Positions 1-9,641 of a stretch of 64,000 bases of DNA are shown in pieces. The notes under the pieces are model-generated. The model was not told where the DNA came from, did no database searches, and saw only the letters and a program-made list of their open reading frames with translations. The position numbers and the translations under genes were made by a program. Numbering within the stretch: position 1 is the first letter of the stretch; each line of letters opens with the position of its first letter. The DNA comes from Planctomycetota bacterium. GTDB taxonomy: Bacteria; Planctomycetota; SZUA-567; H5-PLA8. The DNA lies in NCBI GenBank assembly GCA_036504595.1, contig DASXUX010000047.1, positions 66,662 through 130,661 on the forward strand, given 5' to 3'.

Positions 1-738
1 GAAGTTCATCGCTTTGTTGCCCTGTCCGCCGCCGCCGCCATCGTATTCCTGCATTGTGGAGTACCAACCGTGCGTTGCGGCCGGCAGCCAGCCGTTGTCG
101 TCGTAGGCTTTGGTGTGAGAGAGCACGTCCGGACCTTTGCGCCAGCCGCCGCTACGCATGAACGCGCGAAGCTTGGCGTCGTTTCCTTTGTAGCCGGGAT
201 TCTTCGCGCACCAATCGGCGATGCTGGCCTGGATTTCCTCGACACCGGCGATCTTGCCATCGGCTTTCGGAAAGTAACAGATGAGCGAGGCGTCCAGCAG
301 GTGCCAACTGTTGTCCCAGAAAAGTTCCGGTACGCTATGGCCCGTGATGCCCCACGCGCGGGCCTTCAGGCCAGCGTAGCGGCCGAGGGCTTCAATGTTG
401 GAGCTGGCGCAGCAGCACATGCCGTAGCCGTAGACGTTGAAGGTCTTGATCGGATCGTGCACGCAGTTTCCGTCCCCCCGCAGATACTCCTGCGGCGGCG
501 GTTCCTGATGGCGGAATTTCACGACTGTCGCCCAGACGGCGAGGCCCTTCTGTTCGTCGGTCATGCCATCCTTGATGAAGGATTTCTTCCACGCGTCCAG
601 GCTGGAGACGTCTTCGATCTTGTCCGAGAGCACTTTGATGTGGCTGACGACGGCCGGCGCCACCGGCTTGTCGGCGGCCGACACGGCGAAGGCGGAAATC
701 GCGAGAATGGATGCGAGGCGCAATCGATGCGGGAACAT
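1..738 (-). CDS. secreted transglutaminase-like (Cys/His/Asp core) domain protein; 3' end runs off the window
   Basis: Absent from the ORF track because it has no in-window stop. Own translation from ATG 738-736 gives MFPHRLRLASILAISAFAVSAADKP (signal peptide) ... YGYGMCCCASSNIEALGRYAGLKARAWGITGHSVPELFWDNSWHLLDASL. The G-x-C ... H ... D spacing resembles the transglutaminase core. Frame checked open at 1-60, 391-480 and 706-738. Confidence 0.6.
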   Translation of the reverse strand, partial: MFPHRLRLASILAISAFAVSAADKPVAPAVVSHIKVLSDKIEDVSSLDAWKKSFIKDGMTDEQKGLAVWATVVKFRHQEPPPQEYLRGDGNCVHDPIKTFNVYGYGMCCCASSNIEALGRYAGLKARAWGITGHSVPELFWDNSWHLLDASLICYFPKADGKIAGVEEIQASIADWCAKNPGYKGNDAKLRAFMRSGGWRKGPDVLSHTKAYDDNGWLPAATHGWYSTMQEYDGGGGGQGNKAMNF

Positions 739-958
739 GGCGTCCTCCTCAGGCGGCAAACGCTGTCAATCGTTGACCTGACAGGGCATACCCCGACAGT
801 GCGGCTTTGTTGTGATCGAAAAATGTACGGACAATGCTACTTTTGAGGTGAAATGATGCGTGGGCGCGCTTCGAAAGCAGGCCAGTCATATACAGACAAT
901 TGTCTTCGAAAGCGACGCCGCAGGGACTTGCGGAATTTGAAAGCAGTCCGCAATTCCT

Positions 959-1657
959 TCACTTCGCCGCCTGTTCCACGATCAAACGGACGGCGCGCTG
1001 CAGTTTATCGATGGTGTAGACGCCGCCTTCGGGATCGGCTTCCTCCAGTTGCGGGACATGCACGAAGCCACGGCGCTTGATGCCAAGCTTGCTGTCCAGC
1101 GACATAACTCGGTAGAAGCACTCGTTGCACAGATAGCCGCCGGCGTCCTCCGAAGTGCCTGCGCCAATCTTCTCGCCCTTGAGAGCTTCGACGATCGCGG
1201 TGGCGGGAAGCTGGGTCGCGAGGGTCTCCGCTGCGCCAGGAACGATCTCGTCGCGCGGCGGACGCTTCTGGTTGTTGTCCAGCGGGAGCAGGGGATGATA
1301 GCCGTTTCGAGCGATGGTTTCGACCTGGACGACCTTCGAGCCCACACCAAAGCAGATCACGATTTCGGCCTTGCAGCGCGCGACGGCGCTTTGCAGAGGT
1401 TCATGGAGCGCGTCGTAAACGACCGGAAGCTGCAGCGTCTCGATCTTGTAGCCGGCGATGGTTTGTCCAGCCAGCGGCTTGAGCATCTCCCACGACGGGT
1501 TGGTCTTCAGTTCGCCAAAGGGCTCGAAGCCGGTCAGCAGGCAGACGGGTGCGGAAGACGAACGCGGCGCGCCTTCCGTCGGAGCTTTCTGTTCAACAGC
1601 GAAGGAAATGCCGGCAGTGATGGCGAGCAGAATTGCCGCAAACTTGAGACGGCGCAT
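959..1657 (-). CDS. pcp: pyroglutamyl-peptidase I (peptidase C15) with N-terminal signal peptide
   Basis: LLTGFEPFG N-terminal motif, catalytic-Cys context AGGYLCNECFY and catalytic-His context GFVHVP. N-terminus MRRLKFAAILLAITAGISFAVEQ looks like a signal peptide. Confidence 0.85.
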   Translation of the reverse strand: MRRLKFAAILLAITAGISFAVEQKAPTEGAPRSSSAPVCLLTGFEPFGELKTNPSWEMLKPLAGQTIAGYKIETLQLPVVYDALHEPLQSAVARCKAEIVICFGVGSKVVQVETIARNGYHPLLPLDNNQKRPPRDEIVPGAAETLATQLPATAIVEALKGEKIGAGTSEDAGGYLCNECFYRVMSLDSKLGIKRRGFVHVPQLEEADPEGGVYTIDKLQRAVRLIVEQAAK

Positions 1658-1725
1658 GGAACATCCTCCGGTACGAGAGCCTCGATAGACTCGGATACAC
1701 CGGCCACGAACTCGGACTAAGGCAC

Positions 1726-1755
1726 AAAAAAACAGCGCCCGAAGGCGCCGTTTTT
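1726..1755 (-). terminator. intrinsic terminator (GC hairpin GGCGCC-TTCG-GGCGCT followed by a T-run on the minus strand)
   Basis: Forward sequence aaaaaaacagcgcccgaaggcgccgttttt lies about 20 nt downstream of the stop of the 1774-4068 gene. A-run and T-run flank the hairpin, so it could act in both directions. Confidence 0.7.
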
Positions 1756-1773
1756 CATGCGGCTGGTTTTAGC

Positions 1774-4068
1774 TTACTGGTCACGCCCGGCTTTCTTGGC
1801 GTCGCGTGCGTCCTGGCGGTCGGCTTTGCGCTGCGCGGCCGCAGCGGCGGCGTCCTGTTGGCGGGCCTGCCGGGCCGCGTCGGCAGCGGCGGATGCGGCT
1901 GCAGCGGCATCGCGGCGAGCGGCGGCGCCGGTGTCTTGCGGCGCAACCGGCTGCGGGGCAGTGGCAGTTGGCGCTGGAGCGTTGCGGCGGCCCATGTCAG
2001 CGTCGGGCTGCTGGATCACGCGGGACGGCGTTTCGTTACGCGGCGCGACATCCTGGCGAGGGGCTGCTGCTGCATCGCGGCGGGCCTGCTCGCGAGCGGC
2101 GTCCTGGGCCGCCTTGCGCTGAGCTTCGAGGGCGTCCTGGCGGGCCTCCGTGTCCTGCTTCTTCTGCAGCCGAGCCTGCTGTTCCTGAGCCTTCGCTGCT
2201 TCTTGTGCTTGCTTGCGTTGAGCTTCCTGAGTGTTCTCATGTTCAGCGGCGTTGGCACGAGCGGCGGCCTTTGCGGCGGCTTCGGCTTTGCGCTGAGCTT
2301 CGGCGGCGTCCTGGCGCGTTTCGGTATCCGATTTCTTCTGGAGGCGCGCCTGGCGTTCCTGGTCCTTGGCGGCTTCCTTCGCGGCATTTTCAGCGGCCTT
2401 ACGCTGCGCGTCGGCACGGTCCTCAGCTTGCTGCTGGAGCTTTTCGGCGTCGGCCTTCTGCTGCCGGGCGGCGGCGGCTTGTGCTTTCAACTGTGCCCGC
2501 TTTACGGCGTCCGTTTCCTGCTTGGCGGCTTTTTCGAGCCGATCGCGTTCACGATCCGCGGCGGCTGCGGCGTCGCGCTGTTTTTCGGCGTCGCGGGTGG
2601 CTAGAGCGTGCTGTTCGCGTGCGACTTTCTCATCCAGGCGCGTGTCCTTGCGTGCTTCCTCGTGCTGCTCGCGATCCGTCCGGCGGTCTTGATTGCCTTC
2701 CACGCGGGTGTCTTTGCGGGTTTCCTGGCCGTCCAGGCGTGTCTGGCGGCGCTGGTTGGCGGCTTGCTGCGCGGCGAGCTGCTTCTGGTATTCGAGCTGG
2801 CGGCGGGTCTGCACGGCCGCGGGGGTTTCCGGCGCAACATTGGCGATGGCCGGGCGATACATGGCCATCGAGTCGCCGCGCAACGCTTCGCCGCGAGTCA
2901 GGCGCTGACCGGGCTTGATGTCGGCATCGACGATGCGGGTCTGGCGGATTTCTTTGCCGCTGGCCTTTACGATAATCGTCACATCCGGTCCGCGATTGAC
3001 GATGCGGTTTTCGTGGAAATCATAGCGGCTTGCGATGGTTGTGCGGTTGAAGACGTTCACGACCACAGTGGGGGAAACGGCGTAAGTCACCAGCCGCGGC
3101 TCGTAGAAGTGTTCAACTGGCACGAAGGCGTAATCGCGTTCGACCAGGCCGAAGTTGAAGTCGAACCCGACATGCTTGTTATGGAAGCTGAAACCCACAC
3201 CGGCTTCAAAGCGTGCTGCTGGAGGCAGCGGCGCCCAACCCATGTGGGTGTCGCACGTGCGCCAGCTCACCCAGGCCGGACCCCAGACGTTGTCCGGCAT
3301 CCAGACCCAACCGTGAGCGGCGTGGTGTGTCCAGCGGCCGTAGTGGAATGGCGCCCAGCCCCAGGAATAATCGGAGTGCCACGCCCAACCGCAATCGGTG
3401 TAGACCCAGTGGCCGCTGTGGCAGTACGGACGCCAGTCCGGATTGACTGTCACTACGGTCGGCCGCCAATAATAGCCGCCATCGATCTCCAGCCAGCTTC
3501 CATAAGGCGTGAGTGAATCGTAGAAGAAGGATAGGTTCGCCTGGCCGTCCGGCGGGGCGTAGACGACGGTGTTCGGCGCATCGACCGGTACTTCGCTCAC
3601 AATTTCGCGCGGCGGAGCCTGTTGGACCACCTCGCGAACCGGTTCGGCAGGCAGCGGGTCAGGCCGCCCGATGACTGGATCCTGAGGCGGCGGTTCGATG
3701 GCGACAGGACCGACGGCCGGGCGAACGGGTTCGGCCGGTGGCGGAGGAGCGGGCTGTTCGACGGGTGCAGCCGGCGGAAGAACGGCCGGTTCCGGGGCGT
3801 TCGCCGCTGCCACGTCGCGCAGGTCCTTTCCGTGCTTCATCACTTCGGAAATGACCTTGGCGGAAACCCCGATGTCGTTGAGGTAGAGAATCTCATCCAC
3901 GCTGAGCTGATACGGAGTCCTCGAGGCTTCAACGTAAGCCAGAACGACATCTTCGGCCGCCCCAGACTTGATCAGCTTGACCAAATCGTCAAAGCCTTCG
4001 GATGCCGAGGCGCTATGAGCGGCCACGGCCAGTAGAATCGCGCAGATGACTGATGCGAGGTACCGCAT
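1774..4068 (-). CDS. secreted protein: Pro-rich linker, W/G/Y-rich module (YSWGWAPFHYGRW; DUF6600-like from memory), long K/R/E/A/Q-rich repetitive C-terminus
   Basis: ORF track 1774-4116. The longest ORF begins with TTG. ATG at 4068 (MRYLASVICAILLAVAAHSASA, a signal peptide) follows a GAGAGGA Shine-Dalgarno-like site. Confidence 0.75.
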   Translation of the reverse strand: MRYLASVICAILLAVAAHSASASEGFDDLVKLIKSGAAEDVVLAYVEASRTPYQLSVDEILYLNDIGVSAKVISEVMKHGKDLRDVAAANAPEPAVLPPAAPVEQPAPPPPAEPVRPAVGPVAIEPPPQDPVIGRPDPLPAEPVREVVQQAPPREIVSEVPVDAPNTVVYAPPDGQANLSFFYDSLTPYGSWLEIDGGYYWRPTVVTVNPDWRPYCHSGHWVYTDCGWAWHSDYSWGWAPFHYGRWTHHAAHGWVWMPDNVWGPAWVSWRTCDTHMGWAPLPPAARFEAGVGFSFHNKHVGFDFNFGLVERDYAFVPVEHFYEPRLVTYAVSPTVVVNVFNRTTIASRYDFHENRIVNRGPDVTIIVKASGKEIRQTRIVDADIKPGQRLTRGEALRGDSMAMYRPAIANVAPETPAAVQTRRQLEYQKQLAAQQAANQRRQTRLDGQETRKDTRVEGNQDRRTDREQHEEARKDTRLDEKVAREQHALATRDAEKQRDAAAAADRERDRLEKAAKQETDAVKRAQLKAQAAAARQQKADAEKLQQQAEDRADAQRKAAENAAKEAAKDQERQARLQKKSDTETRQDAAEAQRKAEAAAKAAARANAAEHENTQEAQRKQAQEAAKAQEQQARLQKKQDTEARQDALEAQRKAAQDAAREQARRDAAAAPRQDVAPRNETPSRVIQQPDADMGRRNAPAPTATAPQPVAPQDTGAAARRDAAAAASAAADAARQARQQDAAAAAAQRKADRQDARDAKKAGRDQ
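2105..2370 (-). repeat. in-frame coding direct repeat, 2 copies x 174 nt (58 aa) inside the charged C-terminal region
   Basis: ttgcgctgagcttcg recurs at 2114 and 2288. The protein copies are QERQARLQKKSDTETRQDAAEAQRKA and QEQQARLQKKQDTEARQDALEAQRKA. Confidence 0.7.
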
Positions 4069-4406
4069 GATGTTCCTCTCTTTCCGCAAAGAACCCTTCC
4101 CAACATTATCGACCAAACTCTATCACGTCCCTTTTGAAACTCTTACCTTTAGACGTTGAAACTATGGACTCATTCGATTTTTCCCACGACCACTTACCGG
4201 TGCATGCGTTTGTGTTTCAAACAAAGATGAAATCTCTGTCACCTTCTTGCAGAAGCGACGCTGCGGATTGAATAGACCCTTACAAAATCTTCACGCGCAA
4301 AAGAGACTTCACGGTTAAATTCAAAAATTCAAAACTAAAAATGGACAATAGGCGGCGGATCACCCTCTCCGAATTTCTAGATTCTAATTTTTGCTTTTTA
4401 ATTCGT

Positions 4407-5420
4407 TCACGCTTCCGTTTGCCGCAGCCACTTCCCAATAATCAGTCCCGGGACGAGCAGGCCCAGGCAGATGGCGGCGAACGGCCAGATGGGCGCGAGC
4501 ACAACCCAGTCGATCTTCGTGGCGCTGAGCGTGCCGAAGCCCAGCACCATTCCGCAATCGAGCACGCACACGCCCATCACGCCGGCGCGGACCAGATCGC
4601 GCGCGGCTTGCGGCGTGCCCAACTTGCGCAGGCGTTTGGTCAGGTAAAGGAGCACCAGCGTGAGCGGCGCGAGCGCGGCCCACGCCAGGCGCGTCCCGCC
4701 GATCGAGCCGATCCCGGCGACGAGGATTCCGCCGAAAGCCAGGATCCAACCGGCGATGATGGCCGTGGTGCGCTTGCCTTCTTCCTCCTGAGCGGAAAAC
4801 GCCGTCAGACCGGCCGCGTACAGGCCGGATGCGATGGCCGGTCCCCACGGGACTTCCAGAAATCCCGCGGTCACCAAGCTGCTGCCGAAATCCGGGTGAG
4901 CGCTGAGCCCCAACTGCATATTGAGAAATCGGCACACGCCGAGAAACAGCGGTCCCGAGAGCGCGTGGTTCTTTGAGTCAAAGTCGTATTTAAGGATCGC
5001 TGCCGCCAGCATCGCTCCGCGAATGAGCGAACTCATCCCCGCTAGCGCCGAAAGCCCCACTCCGATGGCCATCAGCACGACCCCGCACGCAATCGCGCCG
5101 TCGACGGATATTTTCCCCGACGGAATCGGGCGGTCGGCATGAAACTCCGCGTCGATTTCGCGGTCGGCGACATCGTTGAACGCCATCCCCGCCAGATACA
5201 GCGCCGCCGACGCTCCGCAAAGAATGAACAGATTCGCATAGCCCTGCCAGCCGTAAAGCCCGCACATGATGCCAAAGCCGGCGACGATATCGGCGATTGC
5301 CGTGAAAACGTTGGGAAGCCGAACGAGGCGGAAATAGGCCTTCAAGGAAAAACCGCGCGACAGCGGCGGGTTGCTCTCTGCTGGCGTGGCATCTGCGTTG
5401 GGAATGGGTTCGTCGGGCAT
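4407..5420 (-). CDS. UbiA-family aromatic/isoprenoid prenyltransferase (polytopic membrane protein)
   Basis: NDVADREID (the NDxxDxxxD motif) and multiple hydrophobic helices throughout. Confidence 0.85.
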   Translation of the reverse strand: MPDEPIPNADATPAESNPPLSRGFSLKAYFRLVRLPNVFTAIADIVAGFGIMCGLYGWQGYANLFILCGASAALYLAGMAFNDVADREIDAEFHADRPIPSGKISVDGAIACGVVLMAIGVGLSALAGMSSLIRGAMLAAAILKYDFDSKNHALSGPLFLGVCRFLNMQLGLSAHPDFGSSLVTAGFLEVPWGPAIASGLYAAGLTAFSAQEEEGKRTTAIIAGWILAFGGILVAGIGSIGGTRLAWAALAPLTLVLLYLTKRLRKLGTPQAARDLVRAGVMGVCVLDCGMVLGFGTLSATKIDWVVLAPIWPFAAICLGLLVPGLIIGKWLRQTEA

Positions 5421-5472
5421 TACGTCCTCGGAGATATCGCTGTTTGAGCAGTGTAAGAATCCGAAAAGAATT

Positions 5473-5506
5473 AGCCACAGATAAACACAGATGAACGCGG
5501 ATAGAC
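5473..5506. repeat. CACAGATGAAC-family word repeat
   Basis: agccacagataaacacagatgaacgcggatagac. Related copies at 9405-9425 and 61699-61730. Confidence 0.7.
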
Positions 5507-5526
5507 CCAGGGTGAACTCTAGAAAA

Positions 5527-5571
5527 CCCTCTGCGTCGTTCTCCGCGCCTTTGCGTCTCTGCGGTGAGAAC
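5527..5571. repeat. CTCTGCG-family word repeat abutting the serA-like stop codon
   Basis: ccctctgcgtcgttctccgcgcctttgcgtctctgcggtgagaac. Same family as 9689-9719, 38820-38850 and 53841-53875. Confidence 0.7.
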
Positions 5572-6761
5572 TATCGAGTCGTGAGCTCCGCCTGCAGCAC
5601 GTCCGCATTTTCGCGAATGGTTTTCAATGTCTCGGCGGAGGGCTCCGACGCAAGCGACAGCGTGCAGCACGCGGCTTGAGCGCCCTCGAACACCGTGTTC
5701 TGCATTTCTTCGACGTTGACTTCGTCGCGGCGCAGCCCATCGAGGATGCTGGCCAGCACGCCGACGCGGTCGTAGTGCCGCACGACCAGCGTGTACTTTG
5801 CCGGCGAGCGCGCGCAGATGTTGACCGCGTTCGGTGGAATGCCGGTTTGCTGGAAGACTTTCACGATCCGCACCGCTTCGTCCGCGATGGCTTCGGATGC
5901 CTGATCTGTGGAAGCGCCAATATGTGGCGTGCAGACGACGCTACGGGCAAGCGCCGTATCGGAGAACTCCGCTTCGCTGCCGCCAGGTTCGCCTTCGAAA
6001 ACGTCCAGCCCCGCGCGCAGTTTTCCGGTCGCGAGCGCCTTCTTCAGCGCCGCGGTATCGACGACGTTGCCGCGCGACGTGTTGATCAGGATCGCGCCGG
6101 ACTTCATTGCGGAGAGAAACGCTTCGTTGATCAGTTGCTTGGTTTCCGGCGTCGCGGCGATGTGAATGCTGACCGCGTCCGAGAACTGCGCAACTTCTTC
6201 AGGACTCTTGGCCAAACACACGCCGGCAGCGTAGGCGGCTTCGGCGGTCAGGCTGCGGCTCCAGGCGAGCACTTTCATTTCCAATCCGATGGCGCGCCGT
6301 GCGACACAGCGGCCGATGGTGCCGAAGCCGATCAGGCCGAGCGTGCGGCCCTTCAGGCCACGCGCTTTGCCGAACTCGCCCTTCTTCCATTTCCCATTGC
6401 GAAGTGAATCGGTCGCATCAACGATGCGCCGGTCCGCAGCGATCAGCAGCCCGATAGCCAGTTCGGCGACGGCGTCGGCGTTCTTGCCCGGACAGTTGGC
6501 GACGTAAATGCCGCGCGCGTTCGCCGCCTTCATGTCGATCGTATCGACGCCCGCGCCGGCGCGAATGATCAGCGAGAGGCGCGTCGCGGAATCGATCGTC
6601 TTCGCGATGACTTTCTTCGAACGCACGATCAGCACGTCCGCGTCGCCGATGCTGGCGGGCAGATCCTCGGCCTTCACCCCCGCATCCACGCGCACGTCGC
6701 CTAGAGCCTTCAATGCCGTCACTGTTTCTTCAGCGACTTTGTCCGCGATGAGAATCTTCAT
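5571..6761 (-). CDS. serA: D-3-phosphoglycerate dehydrogenase-like (D-isomer 2-hydroxyacid dehydrogenase plus C-terminal ACT-like domain)
   Basis: NAD-binding GLIGFGTIGRCVA, and typical MKILIADK...VLIVRS N-terminus. About 80 aa of C-terminal extension is consistent with an ACT domain. Confidence 0.8.
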   Translation of the reverse strand: MKILIADKVAEETVTALKALGDVRVDAGVKAEDLPASIGDADVLIVRSKKVIAKTIDSATRLSLIIRAGAGVDTIDMKAANARGIYVANCPGKNADAVAELAIGLLIAADRRIVDATDSLRNGKWKKGEFGKARGLKGRTLGLIGFGTIGRCVARRAIGLEMKVLAWSRSLTAEAAYAAGVCLAKSPEEVAQFSDAVSIHIAATPETKQLINEAFLSAMKSGAILINTSRGNVVDTAALKKALATGKLRAGLDVFEGEPGGSEAEFSDTALARSVVCTPHIGASTDQASEAIADEAVRIVKVFQQTGIPPNAVNICARSPAKYTLVVRHYDRVGVLASILDGLRRDEVNVEEMQNTVFEGAQAACCTLSLASEPSAETLKTIRENADVLQAELTTR

Positions 6762-6775
6762 GTCCCCTCCGAGTT

Positions 6776-6810
6776 AGTGCTGAGTGCGGAGTGCTGAGTG
6801 CTGAGTCGCA
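6776..6810. repeat. heptamer array AGTGCTG/AGTGCGG x5
   Basis: agtgctg agtgcgg agtgctg agtgctg agtcgca, read directly. Confidence 0.8.
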
Positions 6811-6821
6811 AGCGCGGCGAG

Positions 6822-6868
6822 GACTCCAGACTCTAGACTCCAGACTCTAGACTCCAGACTCCAGACTG
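6822..6868. repeat. heptamer array GACTCCA/GACTCTA x6.7
   Basis: gactcca gactcta gactcca gactcta gactcca gactcca gactg. It ends 5 nt from the stop of the oxidoreductase gene. Confidence 0.85.
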
Positions 6869-6873
6869 TCGTT

Positions 6874-8157
6874 TCACCACATTTTCCACGGTGCCCTCAT
6901 CGGATACGTCAGCAGCGACTCGGCCTGCGGGTCGTCGATGAAGTGCTCCGTATCCGGATTCCAGCGCAGCTTCCGGCCGAGTTTCAGCGCGATGCCGCCG
7001 AGCAGACAGGTGCTGCAGGAGCGGTGCGCGATGTCGATGGGCGTGAGCGTTTCGGCGCGCGACTTCACGCACTGGATGAAGTTCGCTTCGTGGTTGGCGC
7101 TTTCGTAAAGGTGAACTTCGCCGGGGCTGAATTTCTCGCGCATCAGCGACGGCGGGTCGCATTCGATGCCGCCGCGCGTAAAGACCGTGCCTTTGGTTCC
7201 GACGAACGTCACGCCGTGGCGATTGCGGCCGGTGTCGGTCATCGTGATCGAGAAGCCGTTGGCGTACTTGAAGTGGAGTTCGTACGTCAGCACCGTATCG
7301 AACAGGCCTTCGGCCGGGTAAACGCCAGTGCCTTCGATTTCGACCGGCCCGCTGCGTTCCATGCCGATGGCCCACTGAGCGATATCGATGTCGTGTACGC
7401 CGTAGCCCGCGACCCAGCCGCTTTTGCTGTAGTCCGAGACGAAGTACCAGCCCGGCAGGCCGCCGGCCGTTCCGACGCGCGCCGGACAGTACGGCGCCCA
7501 CGGCGCGGGGCCGAGCCACAGGTCGTAGTCGAAATCGGGCGGCACGGGCTGGGGCTGATGAAAGCCGGTCGCGATGCCCGGCGGCGACCCGATCTTGATC
7601 TCTTTGATTTCGCCGAGCCGCCCGTTGCGGACGAGTTCGCAGGCGTGGCGCGTGCCGAAACTGGACTTAAGCTGCGTGCCATGCTGGAACACGGTGCCGT
7701 AGCGATGAATCGTTTCGCGCAAGTATTGCCCTTCGGAGATCACGTTGGCCAGCGGCTTCTCGCAATAAACATCTTTGCCGGCTTTGGCCGCTGCGTTGGA
7801 GATCAGCGTGTGCCAGTGATCAGGGGTGCCGACGAGGACCGCGTCCACGTCTTTGCGGTCGAGCAGTTCGCGGAAATCGCGATGCTGGTTTTCGGGTGGG
7901 ACTTTGGCGAGGCCCGCGGCGCGCTGGCGGTGTTGAGTATTCGGGTCGGCGAGGGCGAGGATCTGGGTGTCCCTGACGCCCATGAAGTTCTGCATGCCGT
8001 TGGTGCCTTTTCCGCCGCAGCCGATGATGCCTAGCGTAATGCGATTGCTCGGTGCGACGGTGCCATCAGCGCCAATGGCGGAGCTGGGGATGAAATAGGG
8101 CGCGGCGACGGTGCCGCAGGCCAGGTTGCGCAGGAAGTTGCGCCGACTGGTTCGCAT
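6874..8157 (-). CDS. Gfo/Idh/MocA-family NAD(P)-dependent oxidoreductase with twin-arginine (TAT) signal
   Basis: MRTSRRNFLRNLACGTVAAP TAT motif, and the Rossmann segment ITLGIIGCGGKG. ATG at 8157 follows GGAGGTGAAG. The longer track ORF (to 8268) runs into repeats. Confidence 0.85.
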   Translation of the reverse strand: MRTSRRNFLRNLACGTVAAPYFIPSSAIGADGTVAPSNRITLGIIGCGGKGTNGMQNFMGVRDTQILALADPNTQHRQRAAGLAKVPPENQHRDFRELLDRKDVDAVLVGTPDHWHTLISNAAAKAGKDVYCEKPLANVISEGQYLRETIHRYGTVFQHGTQLKSSFGTRHACELVRNGRLGEIKEIKIGSPPGIATGFHQPQPVPPDFDYDLWLGPAPWAPYCPARVGTAGGLPGWYFVSDYSKSGWVAGYGVHDIDIAQWAIGMERSGPVEIEGTGVYPAEGLFDTVLTYELHFKYANGFSITMTDTGRNRHGVTFVGTKGTVFTRGGIECDPPSLMREKFSPGEVHLYESANHEANFIQCVKSRAETLTPIDIAHRSCSTCLLGGIALKLGRKLRWNPDTEHFIDDPQAESLLTYPMRAPWKMW

Positions 8158-8176
8158 AATCTTCACCTCCCTCCAA

Positions 8177-8279
8177 AATGATGAATGATGAATGCGGAAT
8201 GATGAATATGGCTGCGATGGCGCGAGAGGCAACGCCAAAGATCTAATTTCGCATTCACCATTCCTCATTCAGCATTCGG
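8177..8279. repeat. inverted pair of AATGATG-family heptamer arrays (arms 8177-8211 and 8248-8279), potential long hairpin
   Basis: aatgatg aatgatg aatgcgg aatgatg aatatgg opposite ttcgcattcaccattcctcattcagcattcgg. Confidence 0.8.
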
Positions 8280-8346
8280 CGAGCGACCGCTGCCCAGCCC
8301 GGACAAGCCGGACGTGAGCCGGTGTCCGATCGTCCAAAAGAACAGC

Positions 8347-8445
8347 CTTCAACACAGAGACGCGGAGGACACAGAGTTCACAGAGTGTTTTTTTATTCTG
8401 TTCTTTCCCTGCGCCCTGTGCGTTCTCTGTGCCTCTGTGTTGAAG
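8347..8445. repeat. inverted pair of CACAGAG/CTCTGTG-family arrays (arms 8347-8387 and 8416-8445)
   Basis: cttcaacacagagacgcggaggacacagag opposite ctgtgcgttctctgtgcctctgtgttgaag. The outer 13 nt are perfectly complementary. Confidence 0.8.
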
Positions 8446-8507
8446 TCAGTTCCGTTCGTCCACCTCCAGATCTTGCCCAAAGAGCACAAGGTTCAAGTAC
8501 GAAGGGC

Positions 8508-9515
8508 CTACTGTCGTTTTCCGTTATACACAGCCGCCTGGTCCCCCAGCGCCGCATCGTCCGCCGCTCCTTTATGTATCCACAGACGGTACTTCAGCAC
8601 GAGCGGCTTATCTTTCGTGATGGTGTAGCGGGTGCCCTTGGCGGGAAACGTGGGTTGGAGCCACGGCAGGTCGGGATACTTCACCCACTCGCCAGGATAG
8701 TCCGGGTTGCTGATGTGCTGGAGGATCCCAATGCCCGAGGCTTCGGTCTGGCCGTCGCGGATGCCGGAGTGCAGGCCCCACGTTCGCTGCGGCTGAACAT
8801 TAGCATCATTGAACGTGCGAAGCTCTTGGTGCTTTGACGGCGAGAAGCGCAGGTTCAGGCCGCCGTAAGCGTTCTGGCCGCGGCGAGCGACCTGCACGTC
8901 GGCGTCGATCGCGGTGAAGCGGAATTCGAAGTCGATCAGGCGGCCTTTGTCGTTGGCATGGAAGGCGCGGATCAAAGCGACTTCGGTCACGATGGGCGTC
9001 TTGTCCTCCCAGCGCCATTCGCTTTGGCCTTCGACAAGCGCGAAGTCCGCGGTGGTTTCGGTGCGGACTTTTCCGATCGGCCGCGCGAACACGTTCTGCA
9101 GCGCGTGCAGGTCGCCGCGTTTGCCCTGCCAGTCCACTTCGGGCCAGGCCCAATAGATGCCGCGGTGATGCGGATGGTCGGGAACCCAGTCGTTGGTCAG
9201 GACTTCGCCCGAAAGACCATACAGCGGATGGATGTAGTCGGCTCGCGCAACGGCGTATTTTTTGTTTCCCGCGGCGATTTTCGGCGCGACGTCTTCGGGG
9301 AGTGGAACGATGCCGTGGTTGTAGCGCAGGACCGGCTTGCCGTCGTCGAGGATCGTCCAAGCGTCGGCCGCAGCGTCCTCTTTGATGGTCATTTCCGCAT
9401 AAGCCACAGATGAACACAGGGCAAAACAGAGAAATCCGAAACTCGAAATTCGAAAGAAACAGAAAAACGGCAAACGGAAAAAAGCAACCGGATGAGCGCG
9501 CGCGGACGTTTGCAT
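8508..9515 (-). CDS. DUF6807/PmoA-like family protein
   Basis: DHPHHRGIYWAWPEVDW and YGGLNLRF motifs as I remember them for this family, which commonly neighbours Gfo/Idh/MocA genes. Start is uncertain: ATG 9515, or ATG 9390 (MTIKED) if the repeat-encoded N-terminus is not translated. Confidence 0.7.
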   Translation of the reverse strand: MQTSARAHPVAFFRLPFFCFFRISSFGFLCFALCSSVAYAEMTIKEDAAADAWTILDDGKPVLRYNHGIVPLPEDVAPKIAAGNKKYAVARADYIHPLYGLSGEVLTNDWVPDHPHHRGIYWAWPEVDWQGKRGDLHALQNVFARPIGKVRTETTADFALVEGQSEWRWEDKTPIVTEVALIRAFHANDKGRLIDFEFRFTAIDADVQVARRGQNAYGGLNLRFSPSKHQELRTFNDANVQPQRTWGLHSGIRDGQTEASGIGILQHISNPDYPGEWVKYPDLPWLQPTFPAKGTRYTITKDKPLVLKYRLWIHKGAADDAALGDQAAVYNGKRQ

Positions 9516-9641
9516 GTAGAGCCCCTCGCTGAACAAATATTTGAGATTAGCCTACCACGAAAACATCGTTTGTCACGATTGCTGGATTTGTGAACGACGG
9601 CTGATAGAACGAAAGCATCCCTGAGATCGAAAGGATCGCGT

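Noticed and set aside
4164-4271. 35-codon ORF (MDSFDFSHDHLPVHAFVFQTKMKSLSPSCRSDAAD) in the AT-rich 4117-4406 spacer
   Set aside because: It is too short, has no ribosome-binding site, and lies in what is more plausibly the promoter or 5' UTR region of the 1774-4068 gene.
8314-8837. ORFs 8314-8628 and 8322-8837 (+), plus ORFs in 55047-55515 (-) and 19167-19607
   Set aside because: They are composed of translated word repeats (for example [19 protein letters not shown] and GSGFRV... strings) in regions that are clearly repeat arrays.
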